A stretch of 64,000 bases of DNA from Saprospirales bacterium (GTDB lineage Bacteria > Bacteroidota > Bacteroidia > Chitinophagales > JADIYW01), in contig JADJSS010000004.1 in NCBI GenBank assembly GCA_016711605.1, positions 194,320 to 258,319 of the forward strand. Reading direction: 5' to 3'. The position numbers and the translations under genes were made by a program. Shown one piece after another: positions 29,165 through 40,840 of the stretch. How positions within the stretch are numbered: position 1 is the stretch's first letter; every line of letters starts with the position of its first letter. Below the pieces are notes generated by a model that was not told the origin of the DNA, searched no databases, and saw nothing but the letters and a program-made list of their open reading frames with translations.

Positions 29165-32064
29165 ATGATTAGACTTGTCATTTCTGTATTTCTGTATTTC
29201 TTTTGTTCTTCGTTTTCTATTGCTCAAAATTTTACCATTTCTGGTAAAATATTAGATTCAAAAGATAACGCACCTTTAATCGGTGTAAATGTTTTACTTA
29301 CAAAAGAAAATGACTCTGTTTTTCAAAAAGGTGCAAGTACCGATTTAGAAGGTAATTTTTCAATTGAAAATGTAGAAACTGGTAATTATAAGTTGAATAT
29401 TAGCTATGTAAGTTTTAAATCTTTCGACAAATCTATTTTAGTTAACGCGAATCTAGATTTGAAAACAATTACATTGGTAGAAGATAGTAAATTATTGAAA
29501 GAAGTAATAGTAGAAGAAAAACAGATTCGTGTACAACAACTTGGTGATACATCACAATTTAATGCAAACGCATTTAAAACCAATAAAGATGCAACTACAG
29601 AAGATTTATTGACAAAAATGCCAGGCGTTACTTCTGAAAATGGAACCGTAAAAGTAAATGGTGAAGAAGTAAAAAGAGTTTTAGTTGATGGTAGACCATT
29701 TTTGGCGATGATCCACGAACTGCAGTGCAAAATTTACCTGCTGATATCATAGATAAAGTTCAAGTGTTCGATAAGATGAGCGATCAGTCTGCATTTACTG
29801 GTTTTGACGATGGAAACTCTCAAAAAACTATAAATATTATTACAAAAATGGATTGAATAATTCAAAATTCGGAAGAGTTTTTGCTGGTTACGGTGGAAAA
29901 AATAACAGATATAATATTGGCGGAAATTATAATTCTTTTAAAGGTGATAAACGTTTTTCTGTTTTAGCTATGAGTAATAATATTAAACAACAAAATTTTA
30001 ATATTCAAGATTTGGTTGGTGCTACCAACACAGGAAATACTGGTGGTTCAGGTAATAGTGGTCGCGGTGGACCAAATGGAATTGGAAGAAATAATCCAGC
30101 AAATAATTTTTTAGTTGGTCAACAAAATGGTATTGCTACAACCACAGCTTTAGGTTTAAATTATGCTGATAAAATTGGTAAACAAAGGAAAGTTACGTTA
30201 ACTGGTTCGTACTTTTTTAATGGTACAAAAAATGTAAATGAAAGTTCAGCTATTCGTAATTATATTTCATCCAACGATAGTAATTTGGTGTATAACGAAA
30301 ATAAAAACACTACCAGTAAAAATTTCAATAATCGTGTAAACCTTAGAATTGAATATGCGATTGATTCATCGAATTTATTAACGTTTACGCCAAGTTTCAC
30401 ATCACAAAATTACAATTCAACATCTATTTTAGATGCGGCAAATTCAAAAAATAATACCGCAATAATTAACTCAACCAATAATACTCAAACGTCAAAACAA
30501 GTAGGTTTTAATTTTTCAAATGATATTTTATATCAACATAAATTTGCAAAGAAAGGCAGAACGATTTCATTTAATTTAAACACTTCTGGAAATTTTAAAA
30601 ATACGAATGGTACTTTATTTACTTACAATCAATTTGAAACAGATTCTACTATAACTGTTGATTCTATTGATCAAAAATCTACCTTAAAAACTAAAAAGTT
30701 ATACGGTTGGCGGAAATATAATGTACACAGAACCTATTAAAAAATTTGGTCAACTTTCTATTAATTATTCACCATCTTATACCAATTCAACATCACAAAA
30801 AAATACGAATAATTTTGATGTTACTTCACAAGATTATTCAAGACAAGACATTGCATTAAGCAATCAATTCAACAATAAATACATTACCAACAAACTTGGA
30901 ATTTCGTATCGATATAACAATAAAAAAATAAACTGGACAATTGGTTTAGTTGGTCAAGATGCTTTATTACGCAGCGAACAAGTGTCACCTAATCAAATTT
31001 CTGTCAATAAAAATTTCTTATCATTATTGCCAAATTCAGAATTAAATGTCAAGTTTTCTAAAACAGAAAATTTGCGTGTTACTTACAGAACATCAACCAA
31101 TCCACCAACTGTTACACAATTGCAAAATGTAATTGATAATAGTAATTCATTGATATTAACTTCAGGAAATCCTGATTTAAAACAAAATTTTCAACAAAAT
31201 ATTGGTTTACGATATAGTAAAACAAATACAAAAAAAGCAACCAATTTATTTGTGTTTGCAAATGCAACAAACACGATAAATTATATTGCTAATTCAACCA
31301 CTATTTTTGTCCGTGATACAATAATTAATAATATTGCTGCAAAAGCAGGAGCACAATTTATTCAACCAATAAATATAAATGGATATTGGAATACTCGAAC
31401 ATTTATAACGTATGGATTTTCAATCACCAAATTAAAAAGCAACATGAATGTGAATGGCGGTTTTGTTTATACACGCACACCAACGCTAATTAATGATGCG
31501 CGAAACAATGCAAATTCTTACGCGTTAAATGCAGGATTTTCTTTAAGCAGCAACATCAGCACAAAGATTGATTTTACGGTTTCGTATAACGCAAATTATA
31601 CAATTGTTCGAAATACATTACAAACTAAAAACAATAATAATTACTTTAATCACACAGCATCAGCTAAGTTTAATTATCAATTCTGGAAAGGATTTGTTTT
31701 TAACACATCTGTGAGTAATACTTTAAATGCTGGTGGTTCGAGCTCTTTCAACACAAGTTACTGGTTGTTGAATGCATCGTTAGCATATAAGTTTTTGAAA
31801 GACGAAAGTTTAGAAGTGAAGTTTAGTGCGAATGATATTTTAAATCAAAATAGAAATATCACGAGAAATGTTACAGATACGTATACAGAAGATACGCGTT
31901 CAACTGCATTGCAACGATATTTCTTAGGAACGATTACTTACACATTTAAAAAAGTAGGTGCGAAGTCTGAAAACCCAAATGAGAAACCAAAAGATTTTAT
32001 GATGATGCCACCACCACCAACTGGTGCTGCTGGACCACCAATGATGCCACCACCTGGAAATTAA
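29165..32064 (+). pseudogene. TonB-dependent-receptor-like outer membrane beta-barrel protein (3 frameshifts: near 29700, 29845, 30695)
   Basis: Signal peptide, CarboxypepD_reg-like N-domain (GKILDSKDNAPLIGVNV), plug-like segment (LLTKMPGVT...VLVDGRPF(F)GDDP), long beta-rich Asn/Thr-rich body ending in aromatic residues, then a Pro/Met-rich tail. Confidence 0.7.
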
Positions 32065-32100
32065 TTAGTTTGTTTATGCTTAATGATAAAGAAAGAAAAA

Positions 32101-33653
32101 TTACTTTTCGTCTTTTTTCTTCTTCTTTTAAAATTGGTGTTAAGCTGATACTTTTAACTATCGGTTTTTTATTTTGAGTAGTTTTTATTTTTAATTCACT
32201 ATTGATATAACCATCTTTCGATGCTTTAATGATATAGTTTGAATTTGGTTCTAAGTTTTCCGTAAATTTTTTTATAGAAAAGAATCCAACATAATTTTTC
32301 CATTTTTTCTAAACTAACTTGTACGCTATCTATTGGATTTCCGTTGCTGTAAAAACTAATTTCCAAAGGAATATTGGTGTATTCAAACTCATAAATATCA
32401 TCCATACCTTTTCCGCCAACTCTATCGGACGAAAAATAACCGATGCTATAATTTCCATCTAAATAAAAACCAAAATCATCTGTTGAAGAATTAAATGGCT
32501 TTCCTAAATTTTCTGGTTTACCAAATTCACCAATTTTATTTGGTACACTTTTGTAAATATCCATTCCACCAAAACCTGCATAACCATTCGAAGAAAAATA
32601 CAAGGTTCCATCTGCATGTATAAATGGATAACGTTCGTCACCGCTAGTGTTTATTGACTTTCCACAGTTTTTAGGTTTGCTCCAAACACCATTTGTTTTC
32701 ACAGAAAAATAAATATCTTTTCCACCAAAACCACCACCACGATCAGATGCAAAATATAAAACTGTTCCTTGATTACTAATAGATGGAAACGCGCAAGAAT
32801 ATTCAACATCATTTAATTCTAATAATTTTATGTCATTCCAGCCATTGTGATTTTTTTCTGCAGAAAATATTTTTAAAGTAACATCGCCTTTTTTATTGGT
32901 AATAGCATCGCCGTATTGGAAATTATTTTTGGTAAAATATATGATGTTATGTGACGTATCAACACAAGCTGGACCGCTATTCATTTTCTTAGTATTCACT
33001 ACACCTTTTATTGGCTCAACCACATATACGGAATCTTTATTTAGTTTAGCAACGTATACTTGTTGAAAACCCATTCCTGAAGTTCCGTTTATTTTTCCTT
33101 CACGTGTAGAAGTAAATAAAATTCCTTTTTCAAATGGCATTGCACAAAAGTCTGACGTTTTAGAGTTTATTTTTTCTAGATTTCGAACAATAATTTTACG
33201 GATTGATTCTGTATTGGTTTTTCCTTTTTCACAAGATGCAATTAATGCTTTGGTGAAAGTGGAATCTGCATTTTTTAAAGCATAATATTTTTGCAGCCAA
33301 ATTTTTGCAGTATCATATTTTTCATTGTTCATCAACATTTGACCATAATATAAAAATGATTTTGGAATAGCATTTTTATCAGCAACAACTAAAGCATAAT
33401 ATTTCTCAGCATTTTCGTACTCATTTATTTTACGATAACAGTCGGCAATTTTGCGTATTGCACGAATATTGCCTTTATCAGCTTCAGGTTTGTATAATTC
33501 AGCAGCTTGTGCATACTTATAATCATTGTATAATTTATCACCTTTTTCAATTTGTGAAAAAGAGTAGAAAGTAGAAATTAATAAGGAAAAAGTTATAAAC
33601 GACTTTTTAAATAAAAATCGTAAATCGTAAATCGTAAATCTTAAATTGTTCAT
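32101..33653 (-). CDS. secreted TPR plus PD40/TolB-like beta-propeller repeat protein (frameshifted near 32230-32290)
   Basis: Signal peptide; TPR-like N-region; repeated FSSDR/GGxGGxDIY motifs; C-terminal ASKDGYINSELKIKTTQNKKP in another frame. Confidence 0.65.
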
Positions 33654-34488
33654 TATATTTCTTCTAATTTCATTAACCTATCAACTTCTATGCCTTTTTC
33701 TGAGCGTTTCAACGTGCAACACTCAATTTCTTTGTCGTGTTCAAAAATAAAATATGATTATTTTCCAATGCTTTTTCTAAAAAAATCGTTTTTTCCTGCA
33801 AGGTATCCATTGGACGAATATCATACGCCATGATGTAAGGTAAGCGCACATGATGATGCGATGGAATTAAATCTGCAATGTAAGAAATAGTTTGTTTTTC
33901 CTTGTAAATATGGCAAATCATCATTGATTCAGTATGTCCAAAAACAAATTCGATTTCGATATTTTTCATTCCTAAATCTTCATTTTCAATAAATTTTAAT
34001 TTTTTAGAATCCGCAATTGCTTGTAAATATTCTTTTACATAAGATGCTTTTTCGCGTGGATTTGGATTCATGGCTGATTTCCATTGTGTGTAAGAAGACC
34101 AATGTGTTGCATTTGGAAAACGCAAAGTTGGTTTTCCGTTGCCATCATCTTTGAGTGCGCCAATACAATGATCGAAATGAAGATGCGTTAAAAAAACATC
34201 GGTAATATCAGTAGGTGAGAAGCCGTGTTTTGCTAAAGAAGTTTCTAATGTTGCATCGCCAAATGGTTGATAGCGTTTTTTGTAAGTATCATCGATAAAG
34301 TCACCCATTCCAGTATCAATAAGTATCAACCGATTTTCATCTTCCACCAATAAACAGCGCATCGACCAAGTACACATATTGTTTTCATCTGGTGGATTTA
34401 ATTTTTGCCACATGGTTTTGGGCACCACACCAAACATCGCGCCACCATCGAGCTTAAAATAACCAGTATCTATTGTGTATAGTTTCAT
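33653..34488 (-). CDS. MBL-fold metallo-hydrolase (one frameshift near 33740)
   Basis: HLHFDH motif; C-terminal FFEHDKEIECCTLKRSEKGIEV in another frame; stop overlaps the next ATG (TAATG). Confidence 0.75.
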
Positions 34489-34557
34489 ATCTGAGAATTG
34501 ATAAGTAAAGATAAGAAGATAGTGAAAATATTTTTAATGATTTTAACTAAGGTTATT

Positions 34558-35253
34558 TCAACATATCAACAATAATCTTTTTTGTCTGTTTTCTTTTGGT
34601 GCACGATGAATACAAGGCAAAACCTTACTTTCAGGATGTTTAAGCGCCAGTTTCCATAAGTGACCGACACCTAAGTTGACAGGTCTTGCCTCAGGTTTGG
34701 TATGATAGTGCAGATCAAAAAAATGTTCACTTAAAAATTCTTCAAAACCTTTATCGGCTCCACCATATAGTTTTTTGAGTTCGGCACGTATTTCTGGAAC
34801 AAGCACTTTTTGTTCAGCTTGTACATTTGGTAATAATTCACTTGATTCGCCGTAGTAAGTGCATAAAAATGTATTAGTTGGAATAGGTGAGCTATCTACA
34901 TGAAAAGAATAAACGTCAGTTGGAAAAAACGGATATGCATCATCTCTTTCATAGTATTTGATTAGATTAAGAGTTGGCGATGCGCCGTGTAGTTTTAGCA
35001 ATTTTAAATCATTTATAAGAATTTCACGCGCAAGCTGCCCTTGTACACTCAATTGCAATTCTAAAAGTTCGTCTTCATCAATTACCGCTATATTTTCGTT
35101 GAGCTCTATCTTTCCAACAATCTCCGAAAAATCACCTGTAAGATTTCGAGACCAGCAAACAGCATTTATTGCTCCATGAAAAGGCGTTGAAACAAGGTCT
35201 TGGAAACTCTTAACATATTGAATTTGATGCTCAATTGTAGATAATTCGATCAT
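34558..35253 (-). CDS. conserved hypothetical protein
   Basis: 231-aa uninterrupted ORF; possibly DUF1826-like, not verified. Confidence 0.45.
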   Translation of the reverse strand: MIELSTIEHQIQYVKSFQDLVSTPFHGAINAVCWSRNLTGDFSEIVGKIELNENIAVIDEDELLELQLSVQGQLAREILINDLKLLKLHGASPTLNLIKYYERDDAYPFFPTDVYSFHVDSSPIPTNTFLCTYYGESSELLPNVQAEQKVLVPEIRAELKKLYGGADKGFEEFLSEHFFDLHYHTKPEARPVNLGVGHLWKLALKHPESKVLPCIHRAPKENRQKRLLLIC

Positions 35254-35262
35254 TAGTGATGT

Positions 35263-35718
35263 TTACTTTTTATAATTCTTCTCATAAACTTCAATCCAAT
35301 CTTTCACGGTCATTTTTGAAGCTAATTCACCAATTAGTTTGTATGGAATTTGTTCTGGTTTTTTGAAACGAATACAAGATTTTCCCATATCTAGCTTTGC
35401 CGTGGTATGTTTCGGAAACTCTGAAACAAACCAATTTAATAACTTTTCATCTGCATACATACCCATATTGTAAACGGCAATAAAGTTTTTCTGTGAAGCA
35501 ATAGATAAAAATGGCAATGGTAATTTTGGCGTACAATGGTAACCAGCTGGATAGATAGAATGTGGTACCACATAACCAATCATACCGTAACTCATTTCTT
35601 CGTGAAATCCTTTTGGTATATTTTTTATAATTACTTTGCGTAATTCACTCATCGCTGCTTTTCTGTCTTCAGGCAACGAATCAATGTATTCATCTGGTGT
35701 AGCTGCTGTTGATGTCAT
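35263..35718 (-). CDS. DUF1801 (YdhG-like) domain protein
   Basis: N-terminal TPDEYIDSLPEDRKAAMSELRKVI pattern typical of DUF1801. Confidence 0.6.
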   Translation of the reverse strand: MTSTAATPDEYIDSLPEDRKAAMSELRKVIIKNIPKGFHEEMSYGMIGYVVPHSIYPAGYHCTPKLPLPFLSIASQKNFIAVYNMGMYADEKLLNWFVSEFPKHTTAKLDMGKSCIRFKKPEQIPYKLIGELASKMTVKDWIEVYEKNYKK

Positions 35719-35735
35719 AAAATTGCTTTTTTGTT

Positions 35736-36548
35736 CTACAATTTAAACACTTTTGCAATAATTTTATGATAATTATTTGGGAAAAGTCGCACCATAAAAT
35801 CTAGTGCTTTTGCATCGCTGCCAATTAAAATGCGTGATTTGTCTTTTTTGATTCCATCAATAATTACATCTGCTGCAGCTTCAGCAGTCATTTTTAAAGC
35901 TACTTTTTCAAACTTTGCCATTGTTGCTTTGGCTTTTGCAATATCTTGAGTAACAGAAATTCTTGAATTTTTGGCTACATTGGTTTTAATTCCACCTGGA
36001 TGCACGGATGAAATTTTTACATTCGTTCCTAATAACTCAGCTTTTAATACATCTGTAAAACCTTTTACACCAAATTTTGCGGTACAATATGCCGAATTAG
36101 TAGGCATTCCTGCTAAACCATACACACTGGAAACGTTGATGATATGACCTTTGTTTTGTTGTACAAGATGTGGTAAAAATGCTTTTGTCATACGCACCAC
36201 ACCGTATAAATTAATGTTCATCAACCATTCAAAATCTTCTAAAGGTGTTTCTGTAAAATTTCCTGAGGCCAGACCAACACCAGCGTTATTAACCAAAATT
36301 ATTTTTTCGTCTGGATATTTTTGCAAGATGGTTTTTGCAAATAATTTTATTGCATCGTGATTTGCAACATCTAAAATATATTTTTCTGCCTTACCGTTTG
36401 TTTTAGCAATAGTTTCATCTAAACCTTTTTCGTTTACATCGCTTGCAATTACATGCGCGCCTTCTGCAAGTGCTTTTAAAGTGAGCGCTTGTCCAATTCC
36501 CGAACCTGCACCTGTAATGATGAAAAGACTGTTTTTTATTTCACTCAT
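35736..36548 (-). CDS. SDR family oxidoreductase
   Basis: TGAGSGIG cofactor motif, NNAG, S...YCTAK catalytic motif. Confidence 0.85.
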   Translation of the reverse strand: MSEIKNSLFIITGAGSGIGQALTLKALAEGAHVIASDVNEKGLDETIAKTNGKAEKYILDVANHDAIKLFAKTILQKYPDEKIILVNNAGVGLASGNFTETPLEDFEWLMNINLYGVVRMTKAFLPHLVQQNKGHIINVSSVYGLAGMPTNSAYCTAKFGVKGFTDVLKAELLGTNVKISSVHPGGIKTNVAKNSRISVTQDIAKAKATMAKFEKVALKMTAEAAADVIIDGIKKDKSRILIGSDAKALDFMVRLFPNNYHKIIAKVFKL

Positions 36549-36605
36549 GCTTGTAATATTTTATACAAACATACAGAAACCAAAATAAAATTTAGAGATA
36601 AAGAA

Positions 36606-37082
36606 TTAAATAGCACTCATTTTCAGCGCAGTCACTGCTGCTTCAACGCCTTTATTGCCATGTACACCACCTGCGCGGTCGAGTGCTTGTTGCTCATTAT
36701 TTGGTGTTAGCACGCCAAATATAAAAGGAATATCAAATTGGATATTTAAGTTTTGAAGAGCATTTGCTACCGAAGTGTTGATATATACATCATGGTCGGT
36801 TTCGCCTTTTATGACACAACCTAAGCAAATAACTGATGAAAGGTGATGGCTTTGTGTTAATTTTTTAGCAGCATAAGGTAATTCAAAGGTTCCTGGAACA
36901 AATGTTACATGTATATCATTGTCTGCAACACCATGTTTTATTAATGTTTCAACACAACCTTTCAATAATTCAAAAGTGATATGTTTATTCCATTCAGCAA
37001 CTACAATACCAAATACTTTACCAGTTCCACTCGGAACTTTTTGTGTATCGTAGGTAGATAAATTTTGTAATGCAGATGCCAT
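36606..37082 (-). CDS. ribH: 6,7-dimethyl-8-ribityllumazine synthase
   Basis: 158 aa; FGIVVAEWN, VPGTFELP, GVLT...QALDRAG pattern. Confidence 0.9.
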   Translation of the reverse strand: MASALQNLSTYDTQKVPSGTGKVFGIVVAEWNKHITFELLKGCVETLIKHGVADNDIHVTFVPGTFELPYAAKKLTQSHHLSSVICLGCVIKGETDHDVYINTSVANALQNLNIQFDIPFIFGVLTPNNEQQALDRAGGVHGNKGVEAAVTALKMSAI

Positions 37083-37112
37083 AGTTTAGTAGTAGTAAGT
37101 AATAAGTGATAA

Positions 37113-37148
37113 GGAATAAGTAGTGATAGTAAACTTACTACTTATTCC
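37113..37148 (-). terminator. perfect 12-bp-stem hairpin between the TPR gene and ribH
   Basis: GGAATAAGTAGT / ACTACTTATTCC. Confidence 0.5.
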
Positions 37149-37161
37149 TTACTATTTACAA

Positions 37162-37866
37162 CTATAATGTTTGTGCTTCTAATTTAGCAATATAAATTTC
37201 AGATGCCATTCCTTCTTGTGAAGCTGGATAGTTTTTGTTCACTTTCTTATACAATTCCAACGCCTCTTTTTTGTTGCCTTTTTGTTCTAAAGCTAATGCA
37301 GCTCTATATAAATAAGTTGGAGTAGTAATTTCGTTATCAGCAGCATCAGCAGCTTTTTTGTAATTTTCAATTGCTTTTTCCATTTGATTTTGCTCAGCAA
37401 ACGCATCTGCAATACAACCAAATTTTCTTGCAGTTAATAAAGCATCACCTGCATTAAAATCTTCTAAATATTTTATTGCTTCTGGATATTTTCCAAGTTT
37501 TAAATTACAAATTCCTGCACAAAATCTTGCTCTGTTTCCTGCAGCTGTGCCACTGTATTGTTTAGCTATTGCTTCAAAACCTAAATGAGCGCCATCACCT
37601 TTTAATGCAAAATTTAATGAATCCATTTCAAAATAATTTTGTGCATCTAAAATAGCAGTTGCTGCTTTTTGTTCTTTTGGTTTTTTAATTAAATTGTTGT
37701 AAGACCACCAACCTGCAATTAGTGCTACTATTGCAATTAAAACACCAATAATTATATTTTTATATTGTTCAAAAAAGTATTCTGCAGATTCAAAAATCTG
37801 AGTCATTTTTTCATTACTATCATCTAAAATATCGTGTGATGAAGCTGTTGTGTTTTTCTTTGCCAT
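37162..37866 (-). CDS. membrane-anchored tetratricopeptide repeat protein (YfgM-like)
   Basis: Single TM helix (IIGVLIAIVALIAGWW) followed by TPR-like repeats. Confidence 0.65.
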   Translation of the reverse strand: MAKKNTTASSHDILDDSNEKMTQIFESAEYFFEQYKNIIIGVLIAIVALIAGWWSYNNLIKKPKEQKAATAILDAQNYFEMDSLNFALKGDGAHLGFEAIAKQYSGTAAGNRARFCAGICNLKLGKYPEAIKYLEDFNAGDALLTARKFGCIADAFAEQNQMEKAIENYKKAADAADNEITTPTYLYRAALALEQKGNKKEALELYKKVNKNYPASQEGMASEIYIAKLEAQTL

Positions 37867-37888
37867 AAAAATTGTTTAAAATAGAGCG

Positions 37889-37896
37889 CAAAGGTA
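37889..37896 (-). promoter_or_regulatory. Bacteroidota -7 promoter box TACCTTTG
   Basis: Exact TAnnTTTG match 23 nt upstream of the ATG at 37866. Confidence 0.4.
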
Positions 37897-37977
37897 CATT
37901 TTTTTGCTGATTTTTTAAATAGTTGAAAATGATTTATCCACGATTTATTCTAATTCACATTTCTTCAATATATTTGA

Positions 37978-39087
37978 GTGGTGAGTACGTCATTTTTTAT
38001 CCAACATATCAAGTTAAATAATTACAAAAACTACATTTTCAAAGAGTTAGAGTTTTCACCAAAGCTCAATTTTATTGTTGGAAAAAATGGTTTAGGTAAA
38101 ACTAATTTATTGGATGCTATCTATTATACTTGTTTTACGAAGAGTTATGTTAGTAACGATGCACTTGCTTTTCGATTTGAAAATGATTTTTTCAGAATTA
38201 TTACTTCAATTTCAAAAACAGCAGAAAATCAGCTTGTTGAGATTAAAAATAGTAAAACAGGTAAAAAAGAAATTTTTATTAATCAAGTAAAACAGGAAAA
38301 ACAAGCTGAATATATCGGAAAATTTCCAGCAGTCATCATTACACCAAATGATAATGAACTAATTATTGGTGCAAGCGAAAACCGAAGACGATTTATTGAT
38401 GCTACTATTTCACAATATTCTTCTGAATATTTAAATAATTTATTGACTTACAATAAATTAATAGCACAACGCAACGCATTGCTGAAGTCATTTGCAGAAA
38501 ATAGGAATTTTAACCAATTGCTGTTGGATGCTTATTCTGAAAAATTGATTCCAATTGGAAATTTTATTTTTGAGCAACGAAAACTGTTTATAGATTCTTT
38601 TTATCCAATTTTTCTAAAGACATATAGTTCAATTTTTGAAGGAAACGAACAAATAAGATTGGATTACGAATCTGATTTATTACAAGATAATTTAGAAAAT
38701 TTATTCAAAAACTCCATTCAAAATGATAGAAATGCACAACGAACTACAAAAGGTACGCATCTAGATGACCTTTCTTTTAATTTAAATACTTATCCAATTA
38801 AAAAAATTGGTTCTCAAGGTCAACAAAAAACGTTTCTTTTGTCGCTAAAATTAGCACAGTTCGAAATTATAGCATCTAAGCAAGGAATAAAACCATTACT
38901 TTTACTGGACGATATTTTTGATAAATTAGATACCGAACGTATTTCAAAGATTTTCCAATTAATTTATTCAGACGCTTTTGGACAAGTCTTTATTTCAGAT
39001 ACGAATGAAAATCGAATTCAACAATTAATTAAAGAAAATAATATCACAAACTATAAAATTATTGCACTTGGCGAAGTACCGAAATAG
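37978..39087 (+). CDS. recF: DNA replication/repair protein RecF
   Basis: Walker A GKNGLGKTNLLDAIYY, signature GSQGQQKT, LLLDD; non-ATG start. Confidence 0.9.
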   Translation: MVSTSFFIQHIKLNNYKNYIFKELEFSPKLNFIVGKNGLGKTNLLDAIYYTCFTKSYVSNDALAFRFENDFFRIITSISKTAENQLVEIKNSKTGKKEIFINQVKQEKQAEYIGKFPAVIITPNDNELIIGASENRRRFIDATISQYSSEYLNNLLTYNKLIAQRNALLKSFAENRNFNQLLLDAYSEKLIPIGNFIFEQRKLFIDSFYPIFLKTYSSIFEGNEQIRLDYESDLLQDNLENLFKNSIQNDRNAQRTTKGTHLDDLSFNLNTYPIKKIGSQGQQKTFLLSLKLAQFEIIASKQGIKPLLLLDDIFDKLDTERISKIFQLIYSDAFGQVFISDTNENRIQQLIKENNITNYKIIALGEVPK

Positions 39088-39367
39088 CAAAACCTTGTCA
39101 CTGAAAGATGTGTTAGACGACATGATTCAGGAAATGCGCATTGGTGGCAAAATGAACGAAATGAAAGTGCGCAAATATTGGCACGAACTCATGGGTGGCT
39201 TTATTTCCAATCATACTAAAAGTATTTATTACAAAAACGGAAAATTGTTTGTTTATTTAGATTCTTCGGCACTTAGACAAGAATTATTTATGGCTCGCGA
39301 CAAAATGAAAGATAAGCTAAATGAAAAATTAGAAGAGCAATTAATACAGGAAATTATCATTAAATAG
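39062..39367 (+). CDS. DUF721 domain protein
   Basis: About 100 aa immediately after recF, the conserved position for DUF721; KYWHELMG pattern; start codon uncertain. Confidence 0.6.
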   Translation: MHLAKYRNSKTLSLKDVLDDMIQEMRIGGKMNEMKVRKYWHELMGGFISNHTKSIYYKNGKLFVYLDSSALRQELFMARDKMKDKLNEKLEEQLIQEIIIK

Positions 39368-39476
39368 TTTTAGCTTATTCACGTATCAATTTTTATTATC
39401 AAAATAAATGCGTTCATTACATTAATTTTGGAACATAATTTGATAAATCATTGTTATAAATTTAAATACAAATAAA

Positions 39477-39797
39477 ATGGCATTAGAAATTACAGATGGT
39501 AACTTTTCTGAAACAGTTACAACAAACAAAGGCGTTGCTTTAGTAGATTTTTGGGCAGAATGGTGCGGACCGTGTCGCTTAATTGGACCAGTTGTGGAAG
39601 AATTAGCGAAAGAATACGAAGGCAAAGCAACTATTGGAAAAGTAAATGTGGACGATAACCGCGAAACAGCTGCACAATTTGGCATTATGAGCATTCCAAC
39701 TTTATTATTTTTCAAAGATGGACAAATGGTTGACAAACATGTTGGTGTTGCATCAAAATCTGAGCTAAAAAAGAAATTAGATGCGTTAATTGCGTAA
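39477..39797 (+). CDS. trxA: thioredoxin
   Basis: WAEWCGPC active site; 106 aa. Confidence 0.95.
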   Translation: MALEITDGNFSETVTTNKGVALVDFWAEWCGPCRLIGPVVEELAKEYEGKATIGKVNVDDNRETAAQFGIMSIPTLLFFKDGQMVDKHVGVASKSELKKKLDALIA

Positions 39798-39820
39798 AAA
39801 GTTAATAGTTATTTGATAAA

Positions 39821-39860
39821 GTTATAAGTTAAGCATTCTCTTTTCTTATAACTTTTTTTA
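39821..39860 (+). terminator. rho-independent terminator after trxA
   Basis: GTTATAAG / CTTATAAC stem followed by a T-run. Confidence 0.6.
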
Positions 39861-39907
39861 TTTTTATTTAAAACTTATAACATCTATCTTGTAACTTATA
39901 TCTATTT

Positions 39908-40825
39908 ATGCAAACCATTCAACAACAAGATTTTTTTCAGTTCGATAAACTCGATGTTCTTGCACGGCAAGTAGTTGAAGGTTTTATTATTGGTTTGCAT
40001 AAAAGTCCGTACCATGGTTTTTCCGTAGAGTTTGCAGAACATCGCTTGCATAATGTTGGTGATTCTATTAAAGATATTGACTGGAAAGTTTTTGCACGAA
40101 CAGAAAAATTATACACCAAAAAGTTTGAAGAAGAAACTAATTTGCGTTGCCAAATTGTAATTGATGCATCTTCATCGATGTATTTTCCGCAAGAGAAAGA
40201 AAAAGGTAAATTAAACAAGATAGAGTTTTCTTGTTTGGCAACTGCTGCGCTGCTGTTTTTGTTGCGCAAACAACGCGATGCGGTTGGTTTAACTATTTTT
40301 GACAATGAAATAAAAACACAAACTTCTGCCAAAACAAATGCGTTGCATCAACAAGTTTTATTGAGCAATTTATATCAACTATTAAATAATACAGCTGTAC
40401 AAAAATCAACAAATGCTGCTAAATGTTTGCATCAAATTGCCGATTCTATTCATAAACGTTCGTTGGTTTTTATTTTCAGTGATATGTTAGATAGCATGGA
40501 TGAAAATGAGATTTTTTTGGCGTTGCAACATCTTAAACATAGCAAACACGAAGTCGTTTTATTTCATGTGATTGATAAATCAAAAGAACTGGATTTTAAT
40601 TTTGAAAATCGTCCATATAAATTTATAGATTTGGAAACGAATGAAGAATTGAAGTTGCAGCCAAATCAAGTAAAAGAGTTTTATGTAGAAAAGATGAACG
40701 AACGCAAAGCCAATTTAAAACTAAAATGCGCACAATATAAAATTGATTTTGTAGAAGCAGATATCAACGAAGGTTATCATCAAATTTTGTTGTCGTATTT
40801 GGTGAAAAGAAGTAAAATGATTTAA
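39908..40825 (+). CDS. DUF58 domain protein (vWA-like)
   Basis: HRLHNVGDSIKDIDWKVFARTEKLYTKKFEEETN...VIDASSSM pattern. Confidence 0.75.
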   Translation: MQTIQQQDFFQFDKLDVLARQVVEGFIIGLHKSPYHGFSVEFAEHRLHNVGDSIKDIDWKVFARTEKLYTKKFEEETNLRCQIVIDASSSMYFPQEKEKGKLNKIEFSCLATAALLFLLRKQRDAVGLTIFDNEIKTQTSAKTNALHQQVLLSNLYQLLNNTAVQKSTNAAKCLHQIADSIHKRSLVFIFSDMLDSMDENEIFLALQHLKHSKHEVVLFHVIDKSKELDFNFENRPYKFIDLETNEELKLQPNQVKEFYVEKMNERKANLKLKCAQYKIDFVEADINEGYHQILLSYLVKRSKMI

Positions 40826-40840
40826 TTTTTAAAATTAATT

